Positions 9,097-21,317 are shown, counted from the stretch's first letter. The stretch: 64,000 nucleotides of DNA from Oceanispirochaeta sp. (GCA_963666275.2 CAXXOA010000002.1:2208001-2272000), one strand, 5' to 3'. The notes: a model not told the origin generated them from the sequence alone. Made by a program: numbers and translations.

Positions 9097-10257
9097 ATGA
9101 GAGCTTTTTATGTTGAAGCCGATTGGGCTCCAAAAAAAGACTATGTACTTTCCGAAAGGGAAATCTCGACGAAAAGATCCCTGAGGGGAAATTCCATCTG
9201 GAAGAATATCCGGGGAAATGTTATAGACCGCCCCGTTCCTGAACCCGAAGACGGTCAGGTTCTGCTTAAAGTGGGAGCTGCCGGGATTTGTGGAACAGAT
9301 GCGCATCTTTTGAAAATGGATGATGAAGGATATACCCTTTACAACGGTCATTCAAAATATCCCATCATTACAGGACATGAGTTTTCAGGTGAAGTCGTTG
9401 AAGTGGGAAAGGGTGTCAAACGTTTGAAAGTTGGAGACCTGGTAAGTGTAGAGTCCATGCACTGGTGCGGTGAGTGTGATGCATGCCGGATGGGTATGTT
9501 CAATCAATGCCGTAATCTGGAAGAACCAGGCTTGACCTATGATGGCGGATTTGCCGAGTTTGCAACGGTAAAAGAGAAATACTGCTATGTTCTTAATGAT
9601 ATCGTCAACCACTACGGCGATAAAATGACCGCTTTTGAACTGGGAGCAATGATTGAACCCACCGGTGTAGCTTATAACGGTATTTTTGTCCGTGCTGGAG
9701 GTTTAAGGCCTGGAGGACATGCTGTTGTATTCGGTGCCGGCCCCATCGGATTGGCTGCGATCTCATTGCTTAAAACTTCCGGTGCTGCCAAGCTTATTGC
9801 TTTTGAAACAATTCCCGAACGTCAGGAACTGGCTAAACAGTGCGGTGCCGACTATGTGTTCAATCCTGCAGACTTTAAGGATGCAGAAGAACAGGCATCC
9901 ATGCTGATGGATCTGACAAATGGAAGAGGAATCTCTCTGTTTGCCGAGTGTGCGGGGGCAACTAAGTTCACCTATCCGGTCATGGCAAAATCCCTGGCTA
10001 TTAAGGGTAAAACTGTTCAGATCGGACATCCAATCGGATCTACACCGGTTGATACCTTCTACTGGCAGTGGAATGCTGCAGGAATTTACGGTTCAAACGG
10101 ACAATCCGGAGAGGGCATCTATACAGATGTCATTGCTCTGATGGCATCCGGAAGGATTGATATGAGAAAAATGTGTACTGGAAGATACAATCTTGAGGAT
10201 ATTAAAAAAGGTATGGAAATAACCTCGGGTAAAGTTCTGGTCAGTACCAGTTATTAA
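9097..10257 (+). CDS. Zn-dependent dehydrogenase, scyllo-inosose 3-dehydrogenase (IolM)-like
   Basis: GICGTD, GHEFSG, Cys cluster, EPTGVAYN and an IolM-type N-terminal extension. Start chosen after the AAGGAGG RBS. Confidence 0.8.
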   Translation: MRAFYVEADWAPKKDYVLSEREISTKRSLRGNSIWKNIRGNVIDRPVPEPEDGQVLLKVGAAGICGTDAHLLKMDDEGYTLYNGHSKYPIITGHEFSGEVVEVGKGVKRLKVGDLVSVESMHWCGECDACRMGMFNQCRNLEEPGLTYDGGFAEFATVKEKYCYVLNDIVNHYGDKMTAFELGAMIEPTGVAYNGIFVRAGGLRPGGHAVVFGAGPIGLAAISLLKTSGAAKLIAFETIPERQELAKQCGADYVFNPADFKDAEEQASMLMDLTNGRGISLFAECAGATKFTYPVMAKSLAIKGKTVQIGHPIGSTPVDTFYWQWNAAGIYGSNGQSGEGIYTDVIALMASGRIDMRKMCTGRYNLEDIKKGMEITSGKVLVSTSY

Positions 10258-10300
10258 TTATGAAAGAAAAACACAAGTACTATTGAAAGGAGAAAGAAAT

Positions 10301-11359
10301 ATGAAAGCGAATATCGCATTTATGCATGGACCCCATGATTTACGGATCGAAGAAGTGGAACTTCCCGAACTGAAACCTGATCAGGTACTTTTTAAAATGA
10401 AAGCCTGTGGTATCTGTGGATCGGATGTTGAATGTTTTGAAGGCGAATCAGCTGAAGGCCGATACGACATCGCTCCTTATACACCCGGTCATGAATTTGC
10501 CGGAGTTTGTGCGGGAGTCGGTTCTGCTGTAACCTCAGTTAAGGTTGGTGACAAGATTGTTGGAGACTGCGTTCTTGCCTGTGGTAATTGTGCCAACTGT
10601 AAAGATGATAAAATGCCTTCTGCCTGTCTGAACATGAGAGAAACAGGTTTTATGCCGAATTCTCCCGGTGGAATGGGCGAATACATGATCCTGGAAGAGA
10701 AATATACGCATGTTATTCCTCAGGACTGGGATTATGAACTGGGTGCCTGGGTGGAGACTTTTAATGTAGGTTACTGGGGAGTCTGGGGAAATGGCTGTGA
10801 TCCAGATGCTTCTGATGTATGTGCAATTGTCGGTGGTGGCCCGATCGGTCTTAGTGCCGCTATGGTATGTAAAGAGTCAGGAGCAAAGGTTATTGTTATT
10901 GATCCGATTCCTGCCAGGAGAGAAAATGCCCTGAAATACGGAGCAGATATTGTTCTTGATCCTACTGCCGGTAATATTGAACAGATGGTAAAAGACCATT
11001 CTGATGGGAAAGGCGCTTCAGTTGTTATTGAATGTTCCGGTAATGATGTGGGAATCGCTTCTATTTTTGATATTTCAGCTCACAATGCCAGAATTGGTGT
11101 GGTTGGTCACTCAATCGGACGTAAAGTCCCCGTTGAACTGGGAAAGATTATCTGGAAAACTTTGACACTGCGCGGGTCTGGCGGGACAAAACTCTGGTTT
11201 CCCAGAACGATACGATTTATGTCTCAGATTAAGGATAAATATGATTTTGCTGCTCTCAATACTCATCATTTCAAGTTTAAAGATCTGGATAAGGCGATGG
11301 ATATGGCTGTACATCACAAGGATATTGCCAGAAAAGTAATGCTGACATTTGATGATTAA
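10301..11359 (+). CDS. Zn-dependent polyol/cyclitol dehydrogenase
   Basis: GICGSD, GHE, CGNCANC and GGGPIG motifs; paralogue of 30558-31622. Confidence 0.85.
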   Translation: MKANIAFMHGPHDLRIEEVELPELKPDQVLFKMKACGICGSDVECFEGESAEGRYDIAPYTPGHEFAGVCAGVGSAVTSVKVGDKIVGDCVLACGNCANCKDDKMPSACLNMRETGFMPNSPGGMGEYMILEEKYTHVIPQDWDYELGAWVETFNVGYWGVWGNGCDPDASDVCAIVGGGPIGLSAAMVCKESGAKVIVIDPIPARRENALKYGADIVLDPTAGNIEQMVKDHSDGKGASVVIECSGNDVGIASIFDISAHNARIGVVGHSIGRKVPVELGKIIWKTLTLRGSGGTKLWFPRTIRFMSQIKDKYDFAALNTHHFKFKDLDKAMDMAVHHKDIARKVMLTFDD

Positions 11360-11575
11360 GATTAAAACCGGGGTTGTTATCTCTTCCTTATCAAACACTG
11401 TAATGACAGCTTGATTTTTCAAAATAATAATCTCTGTTTTCTGCTGCGTATTGGACCATTCTGGATTTTTCTGAAATGGTCCTTTTTTTATTAATTAAAA
11501 ATAAAATAAAATTATAATGAATTATAGATATCTTCATTGTAATATAAATAGGCATCAGAAAATGAGAGGACTATA

Positions 11576-12769
11576 ATGGGTAAAATGAAAGCATTGGTAC
11601 TTGACGCTGATTGGCAACCCGAAGCTAATTATCTGGGTGGTAGTAGAGATATAGAAGGGAAGCAAGCTACAGTGGGAAGTAAAGTTTGGAAAAATCCTTT
11701 ACTCAAAATTAAAGAATTGCCAATTCCAGAGCCAGGTGCTGGTGAAGTCTTGTTGAAAGTCAAAGCATGTGGGATTTGTGGAAGTGATATACATATGGCT
11801 CATATTCAAGAAAATGGATATATACCGTATCCAGGCCTTACCAGTTTCCCTATTATTTTGGGACATGAAATATCAGGTGTAGTCGTAAAATCAGGATCAA
11901 ATGCAATAGACAGGAAAACAGGCCTTCCTTTTAAGGAAGGAGAAATTGTTTGTGCTGAAGAAATGCAATGGTGTGGCAAATGCTCTTCTTGTGTTATAGG
12001 TGAACCTAATTATTGTGAAAATTTGAATGAAATGGGATTTAATAAAAATGGTGGGTTTGCTGAATATGTTGTTATCCCTGATAAATCTATTTGGAGCTTG
12101 GAACCTCTGAAAGACAGGTTTTCAGAAAAGGATATTTTCCTGGCAGGAAGTTTGATTGAACCAGCCGCAGTCGCTTATAATGCCATTTTTACTTTAGCGG
12201 GGGCCATTTATCCTGGACAGATTGTCATTGTAAATGGAGGAGGACCTATTGGACTTTCTGCTTGTGCTCTAGCAAAAAGATCTGGAGCATCAATTGTCAT
12301 TTTAATAGAACCTTCAGAATCCAGACGGACAATCGGAAAAAAAATAGGTGCTGATTTTTCTTTGGATAACACCAACGTTGATCTTCAATCAGAGATCTTG
12401 AGAATAACAAATGGAAAAGGAGCACATCTATATATTGAATCATCGGGATATACATCTGATTTTTGGAATACTGTTGAAAAATGTATTTGGAGAGGAACTA
12501 CTATAGGTTCCAAAGTCTGCATAATTTCCAGAAGTGATGAACAAGTATCTATATCGCCGGATGTATTGCAAGTTAAAAAAGCTTCAATTTTTGGTTCATA
12601 TGGACATGCAGGTCACAATAACTTTTACTATGTAATTGAATCAGTCGCTATGGGTTTGAATTTATTGCCAATGATAACAAAAACAATATGTCTTGAGGAA
12701 ACTCCCAATATACTGAAGTCTTTACAATTTGACAAAACAGATTGTAAAGTAACAGTTCTCATGGAATAA
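11576..12769 (+). CDS. iolM: Scyllo-inosose 3-dehydrogenase
   Basis: DIEGK..GSKVW, YPGLTSFP, CAEEMQWCG and LAGSLIEP, as recalled from T. maritima IolM. Confidence 0.8.
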   Translation: MGKMKALVLDADWQPEANYLGGSRDIEGKQATVGSKVWKNPLLKIKELPIPEPGAGEVLLKVKACGICGSDIHMAHIQENGYIPYPGLTSFPIILGHEISGVVVKSGSNAIDRKTGLPFKEGEIVCAEEMQWCGKCSSCVIGEPNYCENLNEMGFNKNGGFAEYVVIPDKSIWSLEPLKDRFSEKDIFLAGSLIEPAAVAYNAIFTLAGAIYPGQIVIVNGGGPIGLSACALAKRSGASIVILIEPSESRRTIGKKIGADFSLDNTNVDLQSEILRITNGKGAHLYIESSGYTSDFWNTVEKCIWRGTTIGSKVCIISRSDEQVSISPDVLQVKKASIFGSYGHAGHNNFYYVIESVAMGLNLLPMITKTICLEETPNILKSLQFDKTDCKVTVLME

Positions 12770-12838
12770 TAATTGCCAAAATTGGAGTTATTTACTCTAT
12801 AAGGTTAATTTGAAATACTTATTAGGAAAGATTTATAT

Positions 12839-13489
12839 ATGACAAAGGACCAAAAAAAATCAAAGAGTGAACAAGTGTATCAGCAGCTTAAGGAAATGAT
12901 TGTCTCTCATGAATTAGCTCAGGGAGCACCGTTGTCTGAAAGAAATATCAGCCATCTTTTTGAAGCAAGCAGGACGCCAGTTCGAGAGGCGCTGAAAAGA
13001 TTGAGTACCGAGCATTTCGTTGAAATGACTCCTGAATACGGAGCATTGGTTTCAAAAATTACTTATGAAACTATTCTTGAAGTCTATGAAACACGTGAAG
13101 TCCTTGAAGGATTGGCTGCAAAATTATGTGCTGAAAATTTGCAGCAATCAGAAAAACTGGATCTAGAAAGGATCTCGGCAGAATTTTTGCTTAGCTTAAA
13201 AGAAGGCAGATTTTCTGATTCTATTCCTATTGATATGCAATTTCATAGTTTTTTGATTACACATAGTAGAAATTCTATGCTTTCCAGTATGATTAATATG
13301 CTATTTGATCATAGTCGAAGAATCACCAGGTTGATAGAATACACAGATGAGTGGTCGGCAACTGTTCAAAGGCAGCATTCAGATATAGCTAAGTTTATTT
13401 TGGAAGGGAATGGTGAACTGGCGGAGGCTGCGATGCGGGAGCACATTGCTTCTTCCCGGGAAAGACATTTATTACAGATAAGACGGTAA
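12839..13489 (+). CDS. GntR-family regulator (wHTH + FCD)
   Basis: SRTPVREALKRL and REVLEGLAA motifs; DMQFH. Confidence 0.9.
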   Translation: MTKDQKKSKSEQVYQQLKEMIVSHELAQGAPLSERNISHLFEASRTPVREALKRLSTEHFVEMTPEYGALVSKITYETILEVYETREVLEGLAAKLCAENLQQSEKLDLERISAEFLLSLKEGRFSDSIPIDMQFHSFLITHSRNSMLSSMINMLFDHSRRITRLIEYTDEWSATVQRQHSDIAKFILEGNGELAEAAMREHIASSRERHLLQIRR

Positions 13490-13630
13490 AAACAAATAAC
13501 AATTAGAAATCAAAAAATCTATATTTAATATGAATTCTTAATATTTTTGTTTCCCAAACAAAAGTAAGTTAGTTATCTTTTCTGATCAATTCATTTTTTT
13601 TGTTGGAGTAGAAGTTTTACACCATTTTGT

Positions 13631-13660
13631 TTGACACCAGTGGAATACCAATGGTATCAT
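13631..13660 (+). promoter_or_regulatory. Sigma70-like promoter with a GntR-type operator in the spacer
   Basis: TTGACA-ccagTGGAATACCAatgg-TATCAT. Confidence 0.75.
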
Positions 13661-13683
13661 ATAATCAATCAATTTAAGGAGGA

Positions 13684-14772
13684 ATGCAAATGAAAAGAGT
13701 TATTTTTCTTTTGCTGCTGGTAATGCTTATCAGCCCGGTTATGATGTTTGCTAATGGAGGACAGGATTCCAGTGCAACCGCTAAAGATGATGGTGTAATA
13801 AAAATCGGTGTATCTATCGGAACTCTCAAGCAGGAACGCTGGCAGCGGGAAATCGAGATGTTTCAAGCTTATGCGGAAGAGAATGGAATCGAGTTAATGG
13901 TTCAATCTGCTGAAGATGAAGCCATGAAACAGATGTCTCAATGCGAAAACCTGCTTTCTCAGGGGATTGATGTTCTCATCGTTCAGGCTCTTGATTCAGA
14001 AGCTATGGGATCAATTGTTGAACCTGCCCATGAAGTTGGTGTACCAGTTATCGCTTATGACAGGTTTGTCCGGAATGGTGATCTTGATTATTACATTACA
14101 TTCGATTCAGTTAAAGTAGGTGAAGTAGAGGCACAATTTGTAGTGGATCAGGCTCCTAAAGGAAATTATATCTGGCTGAAAGGTGGTCCTGAGGATTTTA
14201 ATGCGCATCTGGTTTATGAAGGACATCAGCATGTTCTTCAACCATATATTGATAGTGGGGATATCAAAATCGTACTGGAACAATGGTGTAAAGGATGGAG
14301 TCCCGAAGAAGCACTAAAACATACTGAAAATGGTTTGACCTTGGCAGGGAATGATGTACAAGCTGTCATAGCATCCAATGATGGCACTGCTGGCGGAGCT
14401 ATTCAGGCACTAGCCGCTCAGGGATTAGCCGGGAAGGTGCCTATTGCCGGACAGGATGCAGATATAGCTGCTTGCCAGAGAATTGTTGAAGGACTTCAGA
14501 CAGGTACTGTATACAAGCCTCTTGCCATGTTAAACCAGGCCGCAATGGAAGTAGCAGTTGCTCTGGCCGAAGGTAAAGATCCAAAGCTTACTATAGGAAC
14601 TGATCTGGGTATTTGGACAAAACTGGACAATGGAACAAAGATGGTTGATTCTTATTCTGTGGATGTTGTGGCAGTAAATAAAGATAATATGGTAGATATT
14701 ATCATCGGTGATGGTTTTCATACTATGGAAGATGTTTACAAGAATGTTCCAAAAGATCAGTGGCCCAAGTGA
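13684..14772 (+). CDS. Sugar ABC solute-binding protein (XylF-like)
   Basis: Signal peptide; ERWQRE, VIAYDR and ASNDGTAGGAIQAL motifs. Confidence 0.9.
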   Translation: MQMKRVIFLLLLVMLISPVMMFANGGQDSSATAKDDGVIKIGVSIGTLKQERWQREIEMFQAYAEENGIELMVQSAEDEAMKQMSQCENLLSQGIDVLIVQALDSEAMGSIVEPAHEVGVPVIAYDRFVRNGDLDYYITFDSVKVGEVEAQFVVDQAPKGNYIWLKGGPEDFNAHLVYEGHQHVLQPYIDSGDIKIVLEQWCKGWSPEEALKHTENGLTLAGNDVQAVIASNDGTAGGAIQALAAQGLAGKVPIAGQDADIAACQRIVEGLQTGTVYKPLAMLNQAAMEVAVALAEGKDPKLTIGTDLGIWTKLDNGTKMVDSYSVDVVAVNKDNMVDIIIGDGFHTMEDVYKNVPKDQWPK

Positions 14773-14883
14773 TCTAAACGCAATCTAGAAAGAAATTCCG
14801 GCGGTATGTCGGAATTTCTTTGCAAAAATGAATTATATATTTTCTCAATTAGAAATAGCTCATTAATATAAGGACGATTTGTA

Positions 14884-15933
14884 GTGAAAAAGAAACTTAA
14901 ATTAGGGGTGATAGGTGCAGGTAAAATTGGTCGACTTCACCTTGATAGTGTAATAAATTATATTTCTTCTACTGAAGTGGTGCAGGTAGCAGACCCATAC
15001 ATAACAAATGAAACCAAAGAGTGGCTTTCTGATCTGGGTGTCACTTCTATCACTCCTGATGTGGATGAACTTATTAACAATAAAGAAGTCGAAGCAGTGA
15101 TGATCCTCTCTTCTACAAATTTACATGCGGAACAGATTGTAAAAGCTGCAAAAGCAGGTAAACATATTTTTTGCGAAAAACCTGTGCATTTTGAACTGCA
15201 GACAATTCTGGAGACTCTAAAAATAGTTAAAGAGAGTGGAGTTAAGTTTCAGATAGGTTTTAATAGAAGGTTCGATCACAACTTTAAAAGGGTACGGGAT
15301 ACTGTGGAATCCGGTAAGATAGGTACTCCTCACATAGTTAAAATCACCTCCAGAGATCCTGCTCCTCCTCCCATTGAATATGTAAAGGTTTCCGGCGGAC
15401 TGTTTATGGATATGATGATCCATGATTTTGATATGATCCGCTATCTTTCCGGTCAGGAAGTCGTATCTGTCTTTGCCCGTGGTGGAAATCTGATTGATGA
15501 AAAAATCAAAGAAGTCGGTGATGTGGATACCGCAATTGTAACTTTTGAATTTAAAGACGGATCATTCGGTGTTATTGATAACTCCAGGCAGGCTGTTTAT
15601 GGGTACGATCAGAGAGCGGAAGTTTTCGGATCCAAAGGTTGTTGTGAAGCACAGAACGATACTGATACCAGAGTCTCTACCGTAACTGTTGATGGTACTG
15701 AATCGGATAAGCCTCCCTATTTCTTCCTGCAAAGGTACTTCCAGGCATATGTAGATGAAATGAAGAGTTTTGCTGAAGCGGTACTGGAAGATAAACCGGT
15801 CGCTTGTGGTTTGTATGATGCCATACGTCCTGTCATTATAGCAAAAGCAGCAGGACTTTCTCTGAAAGAAGGTAGAGCAGTAAAACTGGAAGAAATTCTG
15901 AATGAAAAGACTATTTCCAAATATCTGAAATAA
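14884..15933 (+). CDS. iolG: Inositol 2-dehydrogenase (Gfo/Idh/MocA family)
   Basis: GAGKIG, CEKP, GFNRRFD, SRDPAPPP, DMMIHDFD and YGYDQRAEVFGSKG motifs. Confidence 0.88.
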   Translation: MKKKLKLGVIGAGKIGRLHLDSVINYISSTEVVQVADPYITNETKEWLSDLGVTSITPDVDELINNKEVEAVMILSSTNLHAEQIVKAAKAGKHIFCEKPVHFELQTILETLKIVKESGVKFQIGFNRRFDHNFKRVRDTVESGKIGTPHIVKITSRDPAPPPIEYVKVSGGLFMDMMIHDFDMIRYLSGQEVVSVFARGGNLIDEKIKEVGDVDTAIVTFEFKDGSFGVIDNSRQAVYGYDQRAEVFGSKGCCEAQNDTDTRVSTVTVDGTESDKPPYFFLQRYFQAYVDEMKSFAEAVLEDKPVACGLYDAIRPVIIAKAAGLSLKEGRAVKLEEILNEKTISKYLK

Positions 15934-15960
15934 TTTGAGATCATTTCTGAAGGAAGAATT

Positions 15961-16803
15961 ATGAAATTTGCCATAAATGAAAATACTATTTTTCAATGTC
16001 ACTTAAGTGAATTTATTGATGTTTGCGGAGTAGCCAATTTCAAAGCTGTAGAAATCAGCTATGCTAAATTGAAGGAAGAATTAAAATTTGTCTCTCCTTC
16101 AGATCTTAGAAAAAAGCTGAAGAAATATGATATGAAAGTTTTATCAATAAATGCCTTTGAGGATGTTTTTCTTGTTCCACAGGAAGGAGCTTTTGTTCTT
16201 GAAAAAGAGGCGCATTTATTAGCTGAATTATGCAGAGCCATTGAATCTCCAGCTATAGTCGCTCCTTCAAGTAGATGGTATCAAATTTATGGTAATTTAC
16301 CTTCAAAAGATAGGATTACCAAAACCTACCAGGAAAGGATAACCTTTCTTAAAAATATTTTTTGCAGCTATGATTTGGAGTTGATGTTTGAACCGATTGA
16401 ATTTCCAGAATTCGTTGTTGGTGATACGGATTGGATTAACACAATACTTGATGCTCCTAATCTTCATAATATCCCTATCGTTCCGGACATACATAATCTT
16501 ATGCCAAATGGAGAAGGACCCGAGCAATTGGGAAAGTTTAATAATCCCATCGGAATATTCCATATTGATGATACTTTGGATCTGAGGGATGAAGATATAC
16601 ATGTTGCTAAAAGTCGTTGCTTTCCAGGAGACGGCATTTCAAATGCCGTAAAATGGATTAAAGCAGCAGAAAAAGTTGGCTACAAAGGATACTACTCTCT
16701 GGAGCTGTTTGATGACACTGTTTATGCAATGTCTCCTTTGGCTGCAGCAAAATTGTGTCGACAGAAACTTGATATTTTTGAAAAACTTGTGGAAAAACTA
16801 TAA
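15961..16803 (+). CDS. Sugar phosphate isomerase/epimerase (IolI-like)
   Basis: TIM-barrel motifs FEP, DIHN, FHIDD, PGDG and GYKGYYSLELF; follows iolG. Confidence 0.7.
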   Translation: MKFAINENTIFQCHLSEFIDVCGVANFKAVEISYAKLKEELKFVSPSDLRKKLKKYDMKVLSINAFEDVFLVPQEGAFVLEKEAHLLAELCRAIESPAIVAPSSRWYQIYGNLPSKDRITKTYQERITFLKNIFCSYDLELMFEPIEFPEFVVGDTDWINTILDAPNLHNIPIVPDIHNLMPNGEGPEQLGKFNNPIGIFHIDDTLDLRDEDIHVAKSRCFPGDGISNAVKWIKAAEKVGYKGYYSLELFDDTVYAMSPLAAAKLCRQKLDIFEKLVEKL

Positions 16804-16813
16804 TGGGGAACCA

Positions 16814-17488
16814 GTGGAAGAGCAGAACTTGGTATATAACAGGAAAGAACTCAAGTCAGATATTGTTTACAAAAGAATAAAGGAGTTGATTATTGCCAAT
16901 GAGTTTAAGCAGGGAATGCCTTTGTCAGAACGAAAGTTGTGCTCAGAACTTAACTCCAGTAGAACGCCTGTACGTGAGGCAATTAAAAAGCTTCATACAG
17001 AAAATTTCGTAGACTATAAGCAGGATTATGGTACCTTTGTTTCAGAGGTATCATACCAGCAAGTTGTCCAGATATATGACATAAGGGAGATGCTTGAAGC
17101 TCTGGCTGTTCGATTATTTACATCAATGGTAACGAATTCACAATTAGATATTCTTCGTACCCTTCACAATCAAATGGCTGAAAGAACTAAGCATCAGGAT
17201 TATTTAGAAAGTTTACGAATAGATCTGAATTTTCACCAATATATTATTAACGAAACAAAAAGTCTCTATTTACAAAAATTACTGAATTCAATTTTTGAAC
17301 AAACCACACGGATTATCAATTTAACAAGTTATTCCGATGAATGGGCTGTAGAATCTCTTGAAGCTCATAAGCGAATTTTTCTATATATCGAAAAGAAAGA
17401 GAGTCTTCAAGCGGAAGAAGAGATGAGAAAGCATTCTCAGAGAAGCAAACAACATCAGTTGGAACAGTGGATTAATAATAATTGCTAG
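16814..17488 (+). CDS. GntR-family regulator, paralogue of 12839-13489
   Basis: PLSERKL..SRTPVREAIKKL and REMLEALA motifs. GTG start at 16814 avoids overlap with the upstream gene. Confidence 0.88.
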   Translation: MEEQNLVYNRKELKSDIVYKRIKELIIANEFKQGMPLSERKLCSELNSSRTPVREAIKKLHTENFVDYKQDYGTFVSEVSYQQVVQIYDIREMLEALAVRLFTSMVTNSQLDILRTLHNQMAERTKHQDYLESLRIDLNFHQYIINETKSLYLQKLLNSIFEQTTRIINLTSYSDEWAVESLEAHKRIFLYIEKKESLQAEEEMRKHSQRSKQHQLEQWINNNC

Positions 17489-17595
17489 TACCCAAAGGAA
17501 GTTCTGGTCCCACAAGAAAACAGTGTATTTGAATCCTTCCAAGGATTTATATTCAAGAAGATTTTATAGGGGTGACATCTTCCTTGACACACAGT

Positions 17596-17738
17596 GCTAC
17601 GCCGATTGACATGACAAGAACATATTCATTAAAGATTTTATCATTTGGTTTTAAAGAAAATAAACTATCATTTCTTTTTAACTATTCCATAACCTGAATA
17701 ACAACTGTTTTCTGTTTAACCGGCTTATTTCTTATCAT
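17596..17738 (-). pseudogene. Decayed N-terminal copy of the FadR-type regulator at 19289-19999
   Basis: Manual translation MIRNKPVKQKTVVIQVME*LK..SLKPNDKIFNEY versus MKNIKPVKQKTVVFQVMEQLK..SLKPNDKVPNEY. Confidence 0.85.
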
Positions 17739-17901
17739 TTTTTTCTGCTTTATCATTAAATGTGAATATATCCAAATGAGTTTGATCCTGAAATGCATTT
17801 GGAAAGAATTGCATTTTTCATTTGAAATAGATGAACCTTTTTTATCGTCCTATGTTCTGACGGTAGTGTGGAGTAGAAAAATTGTAAAGAGAAAGTGAAA
17901 C

Positions 17902-19206
<1,305 letters not shown>

Positions 19207-19288
19207 AACTGGCAAAAGAGGTGTTTGTCTGTGTAATTAAAATTGGAAGATTACTATTTAGAACAATCCTTTTTACATATTTTAAAGA

Positions 19289-19999
19289 TTACAAATCCTG
19301 GAAAAGAGGATCGCTGTTCCTTATATGTTTTCTGAATACCTCCATGGCTTTATAAAAATCACCTTCGATTATTGCATTGATCAGTTGCTTGTGGTTATTA
19401 GAAATAATCTTTTTATCGATAATATCATCCTGAGCCAATACTATTTCTTCATAACTGAATGAACGCATAGTTTGGTATAAACTGTTGAAAAGATCATTCT
19501 GACATGCCTCGATAATATGTTTATGAAAAGCATAGTCCGCTTCAATCCTTTTTGATATATTCCCCGACTCTACAGCTTTTATAATGTTTTCGACTTCTTT
19601 ATTAAGTTTATTTACAATATCTGATATAAACGCATCATCCTTATTGTAGACCATCAGATACCATAATCCTTGATGTTCCATGATAAGTCTGAGTTCCAGA
19701 AGGTTTTTCAGGTCCTTTTTTCCTAATAGCATAGACCAAAGGAGTGCTTCGGAAGAGATGTTGGAGCTTTCGCAGATGAATGTCCCCTTTGGGTTACGCA
19801 GTTCTACAACTCCTAAATATTGAAAAATTTTTAAGGCTTCTCTGATAGTTGACCTTCCGACTCCAAATGATTCGGCTAGTTCGTATTCGTTTGGAACTTT
19901 ATCATTCGGCTTTAAAGAGCCGGAAGCTATCATAGCTTTTAGCTGTTCCATAACCTGGAATACAACGGTTTTTTGTTTCACGGGCTTAATATTTTTCAT
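19289..19999 (-). CDS. FadR/GntR-family regulator
   Basis: NEYELAESFGVGRSTIREAL wHTH; EADYAFH FCD domain. Confidence 0.9.
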   Translation of the reverse strand: MKNIKPVKQKTVVFQVMEQLKAMIASGSLKPNDKVPNEYELAESFGVGRSTIREALKIFQYLGVVELRNPKGTFICESSNISSEALLWSMLLGKKDLKNLLELRLIMEHQGLWYLMVYNKDDAFISDIVNKLNKEVENIIKAVESGNISKRIEADYAFHKHIIEACQNDLFNSLYQTMRSFSYEEIVLAQDDIIDKKIISNNHKQLINAIIEGDFYKAMEVFRKHIRNSDPLFQDL

Positions 20000-20104
20000 T
20001 AGTCATTCCTATAGTAATTATTATTAACATAAAACATTGTTTCCCGATAGATTGTTTTGATTCTTTTTCTCTCTGATTTTCTTAAAATTTCTATCGGAAA
20101 AAAC

Positions 20105-20164
20105 TTGACAATTCAGAGATTAGTGCTATGATCAAATCATATTAACATCATATGGTCAGATGAT
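20105..20164 (+). promoter_or_regulatory. Promoter plus FadR-type operator upstream of the second iolN
   Basis: TTGACA-16-TATGAT with a TG extension. CATCATATGGTCAGATGAT at 20146-20164 is identical to 30497-30515. Confidence 0.75.
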
Positions 20165-20198
20165 AATATGGTGTTCAAAAAATAAAGAGGTTTTTGAA

Positions 20199-21314
20199 AT
20201 GGCAGAAGTTAAAGACAAAAAATGGCTTACCACTGATTATCCGCATATCATTTTTGAAGATAATGCGGTAGGTCAGCTGAAAAAAAGAATTTTTGATGCG
20301 CCCATGGAAGAGATTGAAGAAATTCTGAAGGATTACGAAGTTGGCGCCGAATCCGAATTGGGTAAGGCCGGATGTTATATCCAGACTACCCCCCGTAAGG
20401 ACGCCATTGCTAAAAGAAAAAAGAATGATGTTGTTCTGGTTCCCATTGGATGTACGGAAAATCACGGCGATCACGCCAATACCGGCCTGGACACTTTTAT
20501 GTGTACCCAGATTTGTGAAGCGATCAGGAGAAAAACCGCCAAAGAGGGAAGGGAAGTCAACTTGGCTTTTACTCCCATCAACTACGGCGGACATCCTTAT
20601 CACCATATGGGAATGCCCGGAACGGTAATTATTCCCCCCGAAGTCGTACGGGAAATGCTGATCTATACCATGGTTGGTCTATGGAATGACGGTTACAGAA
20701 AAATAATCCTGTTCAACAACCATGGTCACCTGTGGACCCTTGTTGATGCGATTCAGGAATTTATGAAACGGTACCAGCTTCCTGCGGTCGTACAGGTAAT
20801 CGACTGGCATAGGGCTGTCCGTGAGTTCTTTATGCCGATTGACCGGGAAGACTCTCTGACGACCAACTTCATTCATGCGGATGAAGCGGAAACTGCTGTA
20901 GGTCTTCTGATGTTCAAAGACATGATAAATATGGATTATGTAAGAGATGCTGAAGGTGAAAGATTCTTACCTGAAGGGCACTTTGACCTGTCGGTGGATC
21001 CCAATCGCTGTCCTCACAGATGGTCTGAAGGTGAAGGTCATATTGCAATTGAACGATTTGCCACTCCCGAAGGGGTTGTTGGTTCTCCCAGCAAGGCTAC
21101 CGCTGAAAAAGCAAAGCGTCCTATCGCAGCTATTTTGGAATACATGACTATGGCGATAAATGACATCCTGGAAACATTTCCTCCGGGAGAGCTTCCCAAG
21201 AAAGTATCTCTTAGAAGCGACGAAGAGCTGGCTCCATTCCTGAAAGAGCCCTGGACCGAAGGTTGGAAGTCTATCTACGAACTACCTCATATCGGGCCGT
21301 TTCACAAGGGATAG
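20199..21314 (+). CDS. iolN: Second creatininase-family IolN-like hydrolase with N-terminal extension
   Basis: GCTENHG, HPYHHMGMPGT, NNHGH, FIHADEAET and TPEGVVG motifs. Confidence 0.75.
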   Translation: MAEVKDKKWLTTDYPHIIFEDNAVGQLKKRIFDAPMEEIEEILKDYEVGAESELGKAGCYIQTTPRKDAIAKRKKNDVVLVPIGCTENHGDHANTGLDTFMCTQICEAIRRKTAKEGREVNLAFTPINYGGHPYHHMGMPGTVIIPPEVVREMLIYTMVGLWNDGYRKIILFNNHGHLWTLVDAIQEFMKRYQLPAVVQVIDWHRAVREFFMPIDREDSLTTNFIHADEAETAVGLLMFKDMINMDYVRDAEGERFLPEGHFDLSVDPNRCPHRWSEGEGHIAIERFATPEGVVGSPSKATAEKAKRPIAAILEYMTMAINDILETFPPGELPKKVSLRSDEELAPFLKEPWTEGWKSIYELPHIGPFHKG

Positions 21315-21317
21315 TTA

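Noticed and set aside
4432..14772. Calling the first transporter xylFGH
   Set aside because: Family resemblance only; no xylA or xylB here and the context is inositol catabolism.
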